Below, one piece after another: positions 19,471-29,824 of a DNA stretch of 64,000 nt; position 1 is the stretch's first letter, and each line of letters opens with the position of its first letter. The notes under the pieces were generated by a model, which was not told the origin of the DNA, did not search any database, and was given only the letters and a program-made list of their open reading frames with translations. The position numbers and the translations under genes are program-made. Source of the stretch: a virus; IMG/VR virus record IMGVR_UViG_3300005613_000018, positions 1-64,000 of that record; one strand, written 5' to 3'.

Positions 19471-22422
19471 ATGGTGTTACCACTTCTTCTCAGAGCGGCT
19501 ACTTCCAGTATTGTAAAGTCAACGGCTAAAAACGCTGTAAAAGGTGCTGTAAAGAGTAAAGCAAAAGATTTTATAAGAGGAAAATCTAAGAAGAAATCTG
19601 GTGCTCTTGTAAAAGATGGTGCCTCAAAAACTGAAGTAAGACCAATATCATCTGCTCTGGTTCCTATCAAAAAGATAGATGAAAAACCAGATATTGTAGA
19701 TACTCCAACAAAAGCAAAAGTATCAAAAACTGAATCAAGAACTGATGTTATTGAGAAACAACTCAATAACATTGTAAATCTGACTTCGACACTTAATTCA
19801 CTTGTATTATCACAATATAATCAAAAGAAGAAAACAGAAGAAAAGAGAAGAAAAAAATTAGAAAAGGAAAAGAAAAGGAAAAGAGAAGAAGAACAAGAAA
19901 CAGAAAAACCAGGTAGTGGGATTGTTGGTGGAGCTGTATCAAAGGCAAAACAATTTAATATTTTTGATGCTCTCTTAAATTTCTTTCTTGGAGCTGGTCT
20001 TTTAAGATTAATATCTTTCTTAAAGGGTAATGTTGATGAAAATGGAAAACCAAAAGGATTATTTAAATCATTATCTGAAGGACTTGGAAATGTTCGAAAT
20101 TTATTTTATGGTTTTAAGTTAGCTAAAGCTGCTCTTGGTTCTTTAGTAAACACCATTGGTAGGGGATTTAAAGCAATTCCAAATTTATTTAAATCTGTTG
20201 TTGGTGTTGCAACAAAAGCTGTAAAAGGAATTGGTGGTTCTTTAGTAAAAGGTTTTAAAGGATTACTCGGTGGTAATGGAAAAATATTTACTTTTTTTAA
20301 AGGAATTGTCGATAAGGCTAAAAAACTTGCATCAGCTGCAGCAAGACTTAGTGGAATTGATACAAGAACGGATGATGTAAAAAATGCCAGAAAACGTTTG
20401 AAAGAATTGGAGAAATTGAGAAAATTAGATCCTCAAATTTCAAGAACTCTTTCAAAACCTGGAGTAAGTAGAGTTGGTGATCTTGGACGTACTTTAGGAG
20501 ATAGTAAACCTGGTTATAAATCTCCTGATAGATATCGTGCTCCTGGACAAGCTCGTGCTGGTGGATTTCAATTAGAACAAGCACGTAAGGCACGTCAGGC
20601 CCTCTCACAAACTGTTCAACCAACTGTTCCAAAAGCAGGAAATCTTGCTGGAGGTATTAGAGGAAGTTCTTTAACATCTAGAGGTCTTAAAAATGTTCCT
20701 GGTCGTCTTGCAACAAGGGTCATTGGAAGAGGTGGAAGAGAAAGTTTAAGAGGAGTATCGAGAGCTGTTAGTCCTGCTTTCAAGTTTGGCAGAAGAGTTC
20801 TGGGTAGAATACCTCTCATTGGACCATTACTCGTTGGTCTTGAAACGTATTTTGAAGATGCTAATGGTGATGGTAAACCAGATCTAAACCTTGATAAGTC
20901 ATTATTCACATCGGGTGGTGCTGCAGTTGGTGGTGGTATTGGTGCTGCTTTAGTTGGTGGTGCTACTGTTGGATTTGGAGCAATTCTTGGTGGAATTGTT
21001 GGTGAAATTATTGGCAAATATCTAGGTGAACTTCTCTATATTGGAGTTAAAGGTGGTGGCATTAACGAAGTTGGTAAAAAAATAAAGGAGGATATGATTA
21101 AGGCCTTAACTAAAGGTGCTAAGTATGCTGAAATGGTGAAGAATTGGGCTAAAAAAGGATTTGAAAGATTGTATGAAGGACTTCCAAAAATAAATTTCTT
21201 TGGAAAAGAAATATTAGAACCTAATTTGGCAAAAATTATAGTCAGTGCCGTGACGAATATTCCAAAGGCATTTTTCAGTGATGATTCTATGAAACCGGGT
21301 GAAGTTGATAAAAAGGATGACAAAAAAGATGAAGGCAAAAAACCTAAAGTAGGAACTAAGGATATTTTAGGTGGAAAACCTGTAATTTGGGCAGGTGATA
21401 ATTATGGGTGGCAATCTCCTGAGAGTTATAAGAAATTATATCCTTCCGGAACACCATCAACATCTGAAACTAATTTTGATAATGCACAAGGAAGATCACC
21501 TCAACCACAAACACCAATGTCACTCAGAGGTAGAACTGATAATCCATATGAAATGGTTGTTACCTCAGATTTTGGTAAGATGAGAGGGCTAGCGATATCA
21601 CCAGGAAAACACATGGGTGTTGATATTGCTGGACCTCAAGGTGTCCCATTACAAGCATTTACTGACGGTGAAATAACTGCAACTTCACCGCCAGGTGCCG
21701 GATATGGAAACTGGGTAGCTTGGAAAGATGATCAAGGTATCGAACATTTTTATGGTCATATGGTAAGTCCAACTACATTTAAAGTAGGTGATAAAGTTAA
21801 AAAAGGAACTAAACTCGGTGAAGTGGGCAATACCGGTAACTCAAGTGGACCACACTTACATTGGGAAGCTGCTACTGTTCCTGGTGATACTGGAAGACCT
21901 AAAAGTGCGGTTCTTTCTAGATTTAATCCATTATCAAAATATAGTGAATGGGCACCATTTGGTGGTAAATCAAATCCCAGATCAGATGTTACTGACAATG
22001 CAACTGGTGTTTCTAAAGAATCAGAAACACAAACACGTAAGTCAACTTCATCAACAATTGGAACTTTGGATACTGGAGCTCTAGATAGTTTGACAAGGGC
22101 CTTAGGTGGAAATCCAGATGTTGCCCCCGAAACAGATAAAATCACTGGTGCTGGAGAATCACGAGTGACACCAACACCAGCACAAGTAACACCAGGAGGA
22201 ACATCACAAAATACTGAAGTTCTGGAACAATATACAGAATATGAAAATGGTGGAGAAGAAAATGTAGTTGTCCCAATTCCTGTTGGTGGTGGAGGTGCAC
22301 CAGTCATTATTGGCGGTGGTGGTGAACAAGTTCCTTTAATCACTCCAGGAGTGTCTCCAGAAACTATGGTAAATAATTGGTGGAGAGTACAACTCTTAGG
22401 TTTCTTATATAAACAAGGATAA
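19471..22422 (+). CDS. Tape-measure-like virion protein with M23 peptidase domain
   Basis: HMGVD, YGN, YGHM, GNTGNSSGPHLHWE. Confidence 0.75.
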   Translation: MVLPLLLRAATSSIVKSTAKNAVKGAVKSKAKDFIRGKSKKKSGALVKDGASKTEVRPISSALVPIKKIDEKPDIVDTPTKAKVSKTESRTDVIEKQLNNIVNLTSTLNSLVLSQYNQKKKTEEKRRKKLEKEKKRKREEEQETEKPGSGIVGGAVSKAKQFNIFDALLNFFLGAGLLRLISFLKGNVDENGKPKGLFKSLSEGLGNVRNLFYGFKLAKAALGSLVNTIGRGFKAIPNLFKSVVGVATKAVKGIGGSLVKGFKGLLGGNGKIFTFFKGIVDKAKKLASAAARLSGIDTRTDDVKNARKRLKELEKLRKLDPQISRTLSKPGVSRVGDLGRTLGDSKPGYKSPDRYRAPGQARAGGFQLEQARKARQALSQTVQPTVPKAGNLAGGIRGSSLTSRGLKNVPGRLATRVIGRGGRESLRGVSRAVSPAFKFGRRVLGRIPLIGPLLVGLETYFEDANGDGKPDLNLDKSLFTSGGAAVGGGIGAALVGGATVGFGAILGGIVGEIIGKYLGELLYIGVKGGGINEVGKKIKEDMIKALTKGAKYAEMVKNWAKKGFERLYEGLPKINFFGKEILEPNLAKIIVSAVTNIPKAFFSDDSMKPGEVDKKDDKKDEGKKPKVGTKDILGGKPVIWAGDNYGWQSPESYKKLYPSGTPSTSETNFDNAQGRSPQPQTPMSLRGRTDNPYEMVVTSDFGKMRGLAISPGKHMGVDIAGPQGVPLQAFTDGEITATSPPGAGYGNWVAWKDDQGIEHFYGHMVSPTTFKVGDKVKKGTKLGEVGNTGNSSGPHLHWEAATVPGDTGRPKSAVLSRFNPLSKYSEWAPFGGKSNPRSDVTDNATGVSKESETQTRKSTSSTIGTLDTGALDSLTRALGGNPDVAPETDKITGAGESRVTPTPAQVTPGGTSQNTEVLEQYTEYENGGEENVVVPIPVGGGGAPVIIGGGGEQVPLITPGVSPETMVNNWWRVQLLGFLYKQG

Positions 22423-23840
22423 TGACAAACGGTAGACCAGTAACAGCGGCTGATCCAGGTGATATCAGAAGGTTTGAAATTTTTTCAAACGTTGGTGAAG
22501 GATCTGTAGATGTAAGTTCTGGAGTTGCTGAATTCAATTACTATGAAAGTATTCTTTCAAATAACTACACAGCAAATGCAGTTATAATGGATACTGGATT
22601 TCAGGGTGAGAATGAAGCTAGTAGTAAAGAACTTAAAAGAACGATATCAGAATCTGGTGTCATCGATGCTCTTCCGATGAGAGGTGGTGAAAGATGTCTT
22701 ATTGAAGTAGTAGATGCACGAGGGAATGTTCTTGACTTTGATCCTGGTGAAATTTATATTAACAGAGTAAGAGATAACGCTGTTGATAGTCAAAAAGAAC
22801 TTTTTCAACTTGACTTTTTTTCGAGAGATGCTGTTTCTAATCATCTCACAAGAGTGATAAAACGATATGAAGGAAAAATCAATCTTCATGTTGAAGATAT
22901 CTTGAAAAATGTTCTAGGAACACCAATGCCTCTCAATATTGATGAGACAATAGGAACTGGTCATAATACTGATTATAATTTTATAGGTAATGATAGAAAA
23001 CCATTTTACACTTGTACTTGGTTAGCACAAAAATCTGTTCCACCTTTAACCAATACAGGTGGTGGTGATGGTGAGGGGACAAATGATGCACCAAAAATTG
23101 GTAGTGGTAATAAACCAGCTGGATATTTATTTTATCAAACTCATGATGAGTACTGCTTTAAGTCAATTGATTTGTTATTTGACCAAACTCCAGTGAAAAA
23201 ATATATCTATCATGATGTTGAAAAAATTCCAGAGGGATATGATGACAACATTATGCAAGTGACAGTTGATGATGATGTTGATATTCATAATAACTTATCA
23301 CTTGGAATGTATCATAACAGATCAATTTTCTTTGATTTCTGGGCAATGAACTACATTGTAAGAGAATACAATATTGACTATCAACAAGATGGTATCAATC
23401 CGGCTGGATCTAAATTTGTTGGATTGATTGTTGATGAGAAACTTAGACAATCACCGTCTAGATTAATGTCTCATGTGTTAGATGTTGGAACTCATCCAGA
23501 TAAAGTTGGTGACGAACAACTTGATTATTGGAAACAAGATCCATATAAACCAAACTATGATGCTGCTAATAGAATGGTTCAGGGAATTATGAGATATAAT
23601 GAACTATTTACGGTTAAGGTTGACATCACAATACCTGGTGATTTTAGTTTAAGGGCTGGACAATTAGTTGAATGTGATTTCCCAAAACTGTCTCAAACCA
23701 CAGAAGAGGAAGAGACGAGAGGTATATATATGATATGCAGTGTGTGTCATAGATGTACACCAAGAGACACTTTCACAACTCTAACTCTGGTTAGGGATGC
23801 ATTTGATAAGAAAACTGGACTCAACCGTAGAATTTCATGA
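22422..23840 (+). CDS. Baseplate hub protein (gp27-like)
   Basis: YLFYQT..., IPGDFSLRAGQ, GIYMI; directly upstream of gp5. Confidence 0.55.
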   Translation: MTNGRPVTAADPGDIRRFEIFSNVGEGSVDVSSGVAEFNYYESILSNNYTANAVIMDTGFQGENEASSKELKRTISESGVIDALPMRGGERCLIEVVDARGNVLDFDPGEIYINRVRDNAVDSQKELFQLDFFSRDAVSNHLTRVIKRYEGKINLHVEDILKNVLGTPMPLNIDETIGTGHNTDYNFIGNDRKPFYTCTWLAQKSVPPLTNTGGGDGEGTNDAPKIGSGNKPAGYLFYQTHDEYCFKSIDLLFDQTPVKKYIYHDVEKIPEGYDDNIMQVTVDDDVDIHNNLSLGMYHNRSIFFDFWAMNYIVREYNIDYQQDGINPAGSKFVGLIVDEKLRQSPSRLMSHVLDVGTHPDKVGDEQLDYWKQDPYKPNYDAANRMVQGIMRYNELFTVKVDITIPGDFSLRAGQLVECDFPKLSQTTEEEETRGIYMICSVCHRCTPRDTFTTLTLVRDAFDKKTGLNRRIS

Positions 23841-26557
23841 TAGAACAAGGATTATTTAAAAGACACTTTGTCGGTAGAGATGGTTTCTATTGGTGGATAG
23901 GACAGATTGCTCCAGAAGAAACTTGGAAAAATAACCTACCAGGAATTCCTAGTCCAAGTAATGAGGCTCAGAGAGGATTTGCTGAAAGATATCGTGTCCG
24001 TATTATGGGACATCATACTGCAAATCCAGGAGACCTTCCCGATGAAGTTCTTCCATGGGCCCATGTGATGTATCCACCTACTGCTGGAAGTGGTAACAGA
24101 GATTCTTCTCAATCAGCTAACTTAGCACAAGGTGATTTTGTATTTGGATTTTTCCTAGATGGTGAAGATGCTCAACAACCCATTATTATGGGTTGTTTGG
24201 GGAATAATGATTACCAAGCGGTAATGAAAAATATTCCACCAGCTCGTTTTATTCCATTTAGTGGTTATGTAGTAGATGAAACTAGATCAACTAGTGGTGT
24301 GAAAAAAATACTTGATCCAGGTCTTGTTGCTCAAAACGAATATAGTGCTAAAAATTCGGGTTCTGTTATTAATCCTTTTGGACACGAATCTGCAAATTCC
24401 ACTACAACCATCAGTTCATTGGCTGATGATGCTGCTCGTAGAATTGGTGAATTGTCAACTACATTACCACAAACAGAAGAATGTGAGAAACTTCCTTTAG
24501 GTAAAATTCAAAAAGAAATTCAAAGAATAATTCAATTAATTGAAAACGCTCAGAAAAGTATCTCTGATTATAGATATATCTTAACAGGACTTCAGGGGCA
24601 AGCAGAAGCAAAGATTAAGTATTATATTGATGAAGCTTCTAGAATTATATCTGGTGCTTTAAAGTGGGTATTTGCTCAAATAGAAAAATTTGTCTTAAAA
24701 AATGTAAATGATACTCTGAAAAACTTTTATTATTTTTTATTTCCCGATCAACGACCAGGACTTAAATTTACTGTTGAAACTATTAATGATTTAATCGCTT
24801 GTGCTTTTAAGAAATTGATTGCATCTTTATTTGATATGGTTTCTAAATTTATTGCAAGCTCTATTTCAAAGGCAGTGAATATTGGAACCTCTTTTGTTGG
24901 AGGATTTTTAGGTCAAATACTCGGACAAATAGGTGGTATCTTAAAAGGTGTCATTAATTCAGCTTTGGGCCCTTTTACTTCTCTCGTTGGTCAAGTTGCA
25001 AACTTGTCTGGAAGTGTACTTGGAATCATCACTGATGTTTTAAATTTTCTTTTATGTGAAGAAAGACCCAAGTGTGCAACTATTGGTGAATGGAGTCCTT
25101 GGTTGGGTGGTAATAAATTACCAAAATTTAATCTTGATTCTATTATCAATCAAGCAAACTCAATAGCCGAAACTTTTAATGATGTTGTAGATGGAGTACA
25201 AGTTACCATTGAGAATTTTGAATTTAATATTGATTTTGAATCGGTTTTTAATACTTCTGTTGAAATTGCTACAAATCAGGCAAATGATATTATTAACAAT
25301 GCACCAAACAATGTTGTTAATCTTGTAAACTATCCCGCAACTCAGACAGTTTCCAGAGCATTTGCAGGGGGAACTCCATCACAAACAACTTCAAATTTAG
25401 TAACTACATCTGAAGTCTCTCCCAATGAAACATCTACCACTGATGAAAATCCTTCATCATTACGACCAATAGCTACAGTTATTCCAACTGTTCAACCTGG
25501 TACAAATCCGACAGGTGCTCGAGCAGCTGGTCCTCCGATTGCCGTATTTATTGATAGTGAGGGTGAAGGTGCTTCTGGAAATTTGATTATTTCACCTTCG
25601 GGAGAAATTATAGGTTATGATGTAATTAGTACTGGTGTAAATTATACTCCATTTACACTTGGATATGTAGAAGATGATTGCGGAAAAGGAAGAGGTGGGG
25701 CATTGACACCAATTTTAGGGCCAGTCAAAGTCAAAAAAGACCCAGATAATGATTATTGGGTGGATGAAAATGGTTTTTCAATCTTAGATAGTGAAGGTCT
25801 TCCCATTACAATTCTTGATTATGATGGAAATATGATTACTGATCAGGGTGAAACGAGAGGAGTCATAGGTATCTTGATAGAAGAATCGGGAACAGATTAT
25901 CTTACACAACCTGATGGTAGTTTTGGTGGAGATGGTAGAACTTGGTCAAATCCCGAAGATACTATTTTAGAAAGAGTAGATAAAACTTTAGAAGTCATTC
26001 CTCCTGGAAGAGTTGTAGATCTCGTTCCGGATGATATAATTACTCTCCCCCCAAAAACTTTGGAAGTAACTGAACCACTTGAAGATTCTGAAGAATCTGG
26101 TGAAGAAGAGATTAGAGGAGGTGCACCATATCTCATGAAAAAATCGGGTAGAATTACAACACCTTCCGTTACTTATGAGAAAGGTGAAAGTCCATATCCA
26201 ATTAGTTCAAATGGATCATATCCTGTAGTTCTTTACCTTTGTAGAGTATTTGTCAAACAATCCGGAATATCTTATAATGAAGGTGATGAAATTGTGATAG
26301 AACCAAATCATGGAGCAAAAGCTGTTCCTGTTCTTGGTGAATCTGGTCAAGTATTATCCGTAAAGGTTACAGAATCTGGAGAAGGATTTACCGAAAGACC
26401 TACAATTTACATCCGTTCTGAAACTGGATTTAATGCAGTTCTCATTCCAAAATTCTGTATAGATAGAATAGGTCAAGACCAACTCAAAGAACCATCTGAA
26501 GTTGAAAGACTTCAAGGAAAGCTTATTTCCGTAATAGATTGTGTAGGTAAGGTTTAA
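23837..26557 (+). CDS. gp5: Baseplate hub spike gp5 (OB-fold N-terminus)
   Basis: WWIGQI, RYRVRIMGHH, LPWA, VFGFFLDGEDAQQPIIMG. Confidence 0.85.
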   Translation: MIEQGLFKRHFVGRDGFYWWIGQIAPEETWKNNLPGIPSPSNEAQRGFAERYRVRIMGHHTANPGDLPDEVLPWAHVMYPPTAGSGNRDSSQSANLAQGDFVFGFFLDGEDAQQPIIMGCLGNNDYQAVMKNIPPARFIPFSGYVVDETRSTSGVKKILDPGLVAQNEYSAKNSGSVINPFGHESANSTTTISSLADDAARRIGELSTTLPQTEECEKLPLGKIQKEIQRIIQLIENAQKSISDYRYILTGLQGQAEAKIKYYIDEASRIISGALKWVFAQIEKFVLKNVNDTLKNFYYFLFPDQRPGLKFTVETINDLIACAFKKLIASLFDMVSKFIASSISKAVNIGTSFVGGFLGQILGQIGGILKGVINSALGPFTSLVGQVANLSGSVLGIITDVLNFLLCEERPKCATIGEWSPWLGGNKLPKFNLDSIINQANSIAETFNDVVDGVQVTIENFEFNIDFESVFNTSVEIATNQANDIINNAPNNVVNLVNYPATQTVSRAFAGGTPSQTTSNLVTTSEVSPNETSTTDENPSSLRPIATVIPTVQPGTNPTGARAAGPPIAVFIDSEGEGASGNLIISPSGEIIGYDVISTGVNYTPFTLGYVEDDCGKGRGGALTPILGPVKVKKDPDNDYWVDENGFSILDSEGLPITILDYDGNMITDQGETRGVIGILIEESGTDYLTQPDGSFGGDGRTWSNPEDTILERVDKTLEVIPPGRVVDLVPDDIITLPPKTLEVTEPLEDSEESGEEEIRGGAPYLMKKSGRITTPSVTYEKGESPYPISSNGSYPVVLYLCRVFVKQSGISYNEGDEIVIEPNHGAKAVPVLGESGQVLSVKVTESGEGFTERPTIYIRSETGFNAVLIPKFCIDRIGQDQLKEPSEVERLQGKLISVIDCVGKV

Positions 26558-27237
26558 TGCAAAAGAATTATCATCAAATAAGGTATGGAACTAAAGATGG
26601 TGAAATACAATTTGGCCATCTACATGATGATAATAATTTATCATCATGCATGTTAAGAAATGGGCATAGTGATAATCATTACATTTCTCTCGATGTGACA
26701 GGGCCAGAACATCGTAAAAATTCTACGATGTGTATGTCTCCTGGTTCTTTTCAGGTAAGAGCCGGTCTTAATCCTCTTATAGATGGCTACACTCTCGAAG
26801 AAGGAGCCGAGTCCATTGGACTAGCAGCTGCTGGATTGGGTGATGATAGTAGACCAGGTGTTCCAGCAATACTTTTAGATGCAGAGAGTGGTGATGTTGT
26901 CATCAGAGCTCCAAATGGTAGAATTAGAATTGAAGCCATCGATGTTCATGTCAAGGCTAGTGGATCAAATAATGAAAGAGGAGTTCTCACTTTAGAGGGA
27001 AATGAAAAGATTGTAGCCATAAGTCAACATATTGAACTTGATTCAAAAGTTTCTGCAAGAATTTTCTCAGAAAAAACTGTAGATATAATTGGAAATGGTA
27101 TATTAGACATTTATGGTGGATTAGTTGATATTGCTGACGGAGCAACTAAAATTAAGGGATCAAAAGGTGGTTCCACAAATGAAGTTAAAAACGGTGCATC
27201 AGCAATAGGAGCAGTAGCAGGAGCAATAGGATTGTAA
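26557..27237 (+). CDS. Putative spike beta-helix protein
   Basis: beta-rich repeats following gp5. Confidence 0.5.
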   Translation: MQKNYHQIRYGTKDGEIQFGHLHDDNNLSSCMLRNGHSDNHYISLDVTGPEHRKNSTMCMSPGSFQVRAGLNPLIDGYTLEEGAESIGLAAAGLGDDSRPGVPAILLDAESGDVVIRAPNGRIRIEAIDVHVKASGSNNERGVLTLEGNEKIVAISQHIELDSKVSARIFSEKTVDIIGNGILDIYGGLVDIADGATKIKGSKGGSTNEVKNGASAIGAVAGAIGL

Positions 27238-27240
27238 TTT

Positions 27241-28005
27241 ATGACTAAACTATCAGATGTATATGTGGGGAAAAGGCTTTTTACGGGAAAAAGTCTTATT
27301 CCTCAAATTAACTTAGGTGTAGGACCAACCGAAGCGAGAGGTTCTGCATACTTTGAAGGACCTACGGTCACTGGTCTTTTTCCAAGTGCATGGCCATACG
27401 CAGCAAGTATGGTTGGTCCTAATGTAAATTTAGATGCACCATTTACATATACACCAGGAGGATTGTATAATCCATATTCTCAAATGGTGTTAGGTAATTC
27501 AGGTGTATTGGGAAATCTCGATATTGGTTTAAATATTACCGCAAGGGGTTTAATCGTTGGACTAGATGTTGTTTCTATTGCTGGTGGAAGAAGATTATCT
27601 ACCTGTAAGACATTTGACATTTCTCACCCATCAAAAAAAGAATATAGATTGAGACATAGTTGTCCAGAAGGTCCACAAAATGATGTCTATGTTCGTGGTA
27701 AATTAAAGAATAAAAAAGAAATTACTCTTCCTGAATATTGGAAAGATCTCGTAGACATTCAATCCATCAGTGTCACTATCACTCCAATTGGTGCACCACA
27801 AGATATCTTTGTCAAGAGAATTGACAAAGATAAAGTTTATTTACAAACTAATAGTGGTATTCCAATTAATTGTTATTATCATATATTTGGTGAGAGAAAG
27901 GATGTCACTAAATTAATCCCAGAATATAAAGGAGAAACTCCAGCAGATTATCCAGGTAATAATGATGAATACTCAATTGCCGGATACCATTATGATGTCA
28001 AGTAG
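27241..28005 (+). CDS. Virion/baseplate-associated protein
   Basis: KTFDISHP...LRHSCPEGP...LPEYW...GERKD. Confidence 0.6.
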   Translation: MTKLSDVYVGKRLFTGKSLIPQINLGVGPTEARGSAYFEGPTVTGLFPSAWPYAASMVGPNVNLDAPFTYTPGGLYNPYSQMVLGNSGVLGNLDIGLNITARGLIVGLDVVSIAGGRRLSTCKTFDISHPSKKEYRLRHSCPEGPQNDVYVRGKLKNKKEITLPEYWKDLVDIQSISVTITPIGAPQDIFVKRIDKDKVYLQTNSGIPINCYYHIFGERKDVTKLIPEYKGETPADYPGNNDEYSIAGYHYDVK

Positions 28006-28013
28006 AGGAAATT

Positions 28014-28733
28014 ATGTCAGTTAATGAAAATCAAAAAAATAAATTAGAAAAAAACACTACTAGAATTCCTTCATCAGAAGATTTGGGGAATAATAGTCAA
28101 CTTTCTGATGATTATATTGATGAGATTGATGTCCAACTTAAAGGATTTGGACCTGTAAAAATCGAAGAAACTTGTCCAAGTGATACCCAGAATTGGGGTG
28201 ATTCTTCTACGATTTACTCTTACATTTTTAAGGGTCAATTGAGTCAAGAAGATCATGCAAAATCTGGAAACCCTTGTGATCCATGGATTCACACAACTGC
28301 AAAAATTGATAGTTTGAGAATTCTTAACGATATTCAAGGTCCTGATGGAACTGGTGCATTTAATGTAAACTCTACTAATGTTACTTTCAGTGGTGATATT
28401 ACAGTTATTGGTAATATTAATGGAGATATTGTTGGAAATGTAACTGGAAATTCTGGAACTTCCACTTCTTTAGAAACTGCTAGAACAATCGGTGGAGTTT
28501 CTTTTGACGGAAGTGCCAATATCAATTTGCCAGGTGTTAATACATCTGGAAATCAAAATACTTCTGGAACGGCAGGAGGATTGACTGCTAGTGCGGATAT
28601 TTCAACAGACACAACAGATGATCCAACTAATAATAAAGAGATTGTCTTCAATTATGTAAATGACACTACACTCAAAATTAAAATGAGAGGTGCTGATGGA
28701 ACTGTAAGATCTGTTAACCTGACTCTGGCTTGA
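28014..28733 (+). CDS. Putative tail/spike protein
   Basis: TARTIGGVSFDGSANINLPG fibre-type repeat. Confidence 0.55.
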   Translation: MSVNENQKNKLEKNTTRIPSSEDLGNNSQLSDDYIDEIDVQLKGFGPVKIEETCPSDTQNWGDSSTIYSYIFKGQLSQEDHAKSGNPCDPWIHTTAKIDSLRILNDIQGPDGTGAFNVNSTNVTFSGDITVIGNINGDIVGNVTGNSGTSTSLETARTIGGVSFDGSANINLPGVNTSGNQNTSGTAGGLTASADISTDTTDDPTNNKEIVFNYVNDTTLKIKMRGADGTVRSVNLTLA

Positions 28734-28781
28734 CAAGGGTCTTGGTCTCCTCTATACTAAAAAAGTCGTCAAATTCACTCA

Positions 28782-28997
28782 ATGTCATTTCAAGAAAATC
28801 AAGAAGACGAGTATCTGACTCGTGTTGTAATCGATACCTGTTCTAGAAAATTTTATCTCTATTCGAATGAAGGTGACGACCGAGTTGTAGATTGTGATAA
28901 TGTTGATGAGTTCATGAATGTTCTAGAACTCGTTCGAAGAGTTGTTGATGAGGATATTATCGCTTACAGTGGACCACTAGTATCAAATCAAAAATGA
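28782..28997 (+). CDS. Hypothetical protein
   Basis: After TTGACA-N17-TATACT promoter at 28730. Confidence 0.7.
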   Translation: MSFQENQEDEYLTRVVIDTCSRKFYLYSNEGDDRVVDCDNVDEFMNVLELVRRVVDEDIIAYSGPLVSNQK

Positions 28998-29105
28998 GAA
29001 AAGAAACTCGTCAGTCAATGGAAATGTTATTTTCATCTAAATGGAATATTCCTAAAGCAGCTAAAAACTGTGGATTGACAAATAAAGAGATGAAGATTAC
29101 ATTCA

Positions 29106-29426
29106 ATGAATACTGTCGTCTCAATCAACCAACGTATGAAACTGAATAATCTAAAAATCTATTGTCAAAATCAAGAGGATCAATCTGAAGTTTTTGATTT
29201 CATTTTTTACGAATATCAAAATGATGTTTCCATTGCAACTTGGGAGCCAGATGGTGATGATGAAAATCCTGGATCATGGGGAATTTTTGTTGATGATTTT
29301 CCTTTAGAACTATGGGACAAATTAGTAAATTATCTTGACAGTGATGATTCTTGGACTATTGATGAATCGGTAGAGATGGTTTTGGAATGTGAAGAACCCA
29401 AGATTTATAAAGAATATGGGTTCTGA
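29106..29426 (+). CDS. Acidic hypothetical protein (likely start 29136)
   Basis: ORF track. Confidence 0.6.
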   Translation: MNTVVSINQRMKLNNLKIYCQNQEDQSEVFDFIFYEYQNDVSIATWEPDGDDENPGSWGIFVDDFPLELWDKLVNYLDSDDSWTIDESVEMVLECEEPKIYKEYGF

Positions 29427-29428
29427 AT

Positions 29429-29513
29429 GGGAGTGTGGTGGAATCGGTAGACACACCAGACTTAAAATCTGTTGACCATTAAGGTCGTGGGGGTTCAAAT
29501 CCCCCCACTCCTA
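29429..29513 (+). tRNA. trnL: tRNA-Leu(TAA)
   Basis: Acceptor GGGAGTG/CACTCCT, D-loop GGTAG, anticodon loop CTTAAAA, long variable arm, GTTCAAATC; no encoded CCA. Confidence 0.95.
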
Positions 29514-29757
29514 CTTACTTAAACTTAAGAGGTAAAAATGAAAATAAATCTCTGGTACTCAAAATATTCAAAAGAATGGAGATGGACACTCACTAGTGAG
29601 GAAGATATTCATCTTCAAGAAAGTGGTGGTCAACGTCATTTGGAAGATGCTATGTCCGATGTAGCAAAAACAGTTAAATATGTGCTTGACAATCAACCAC
29701 CAGAGTGATAAGATGTAAATACCGTGTGAAGGAAGTACACCACTATCTGTACATCTT

Positions 29758-29784
29758 AACCTCCTCTCTTGAGGAGGTTTTTTT
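29758..29784 (+). terminator. Intrinsic terminator
   Basis: AACCTCCTC-TCTT-GAGGAGGTTTTTT. Confidence 0.85.
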
Positions 29785-29824
29785 GTGGATAAATAATCCA
29801 TAATAGATTTATAGTGCGAGTAAA

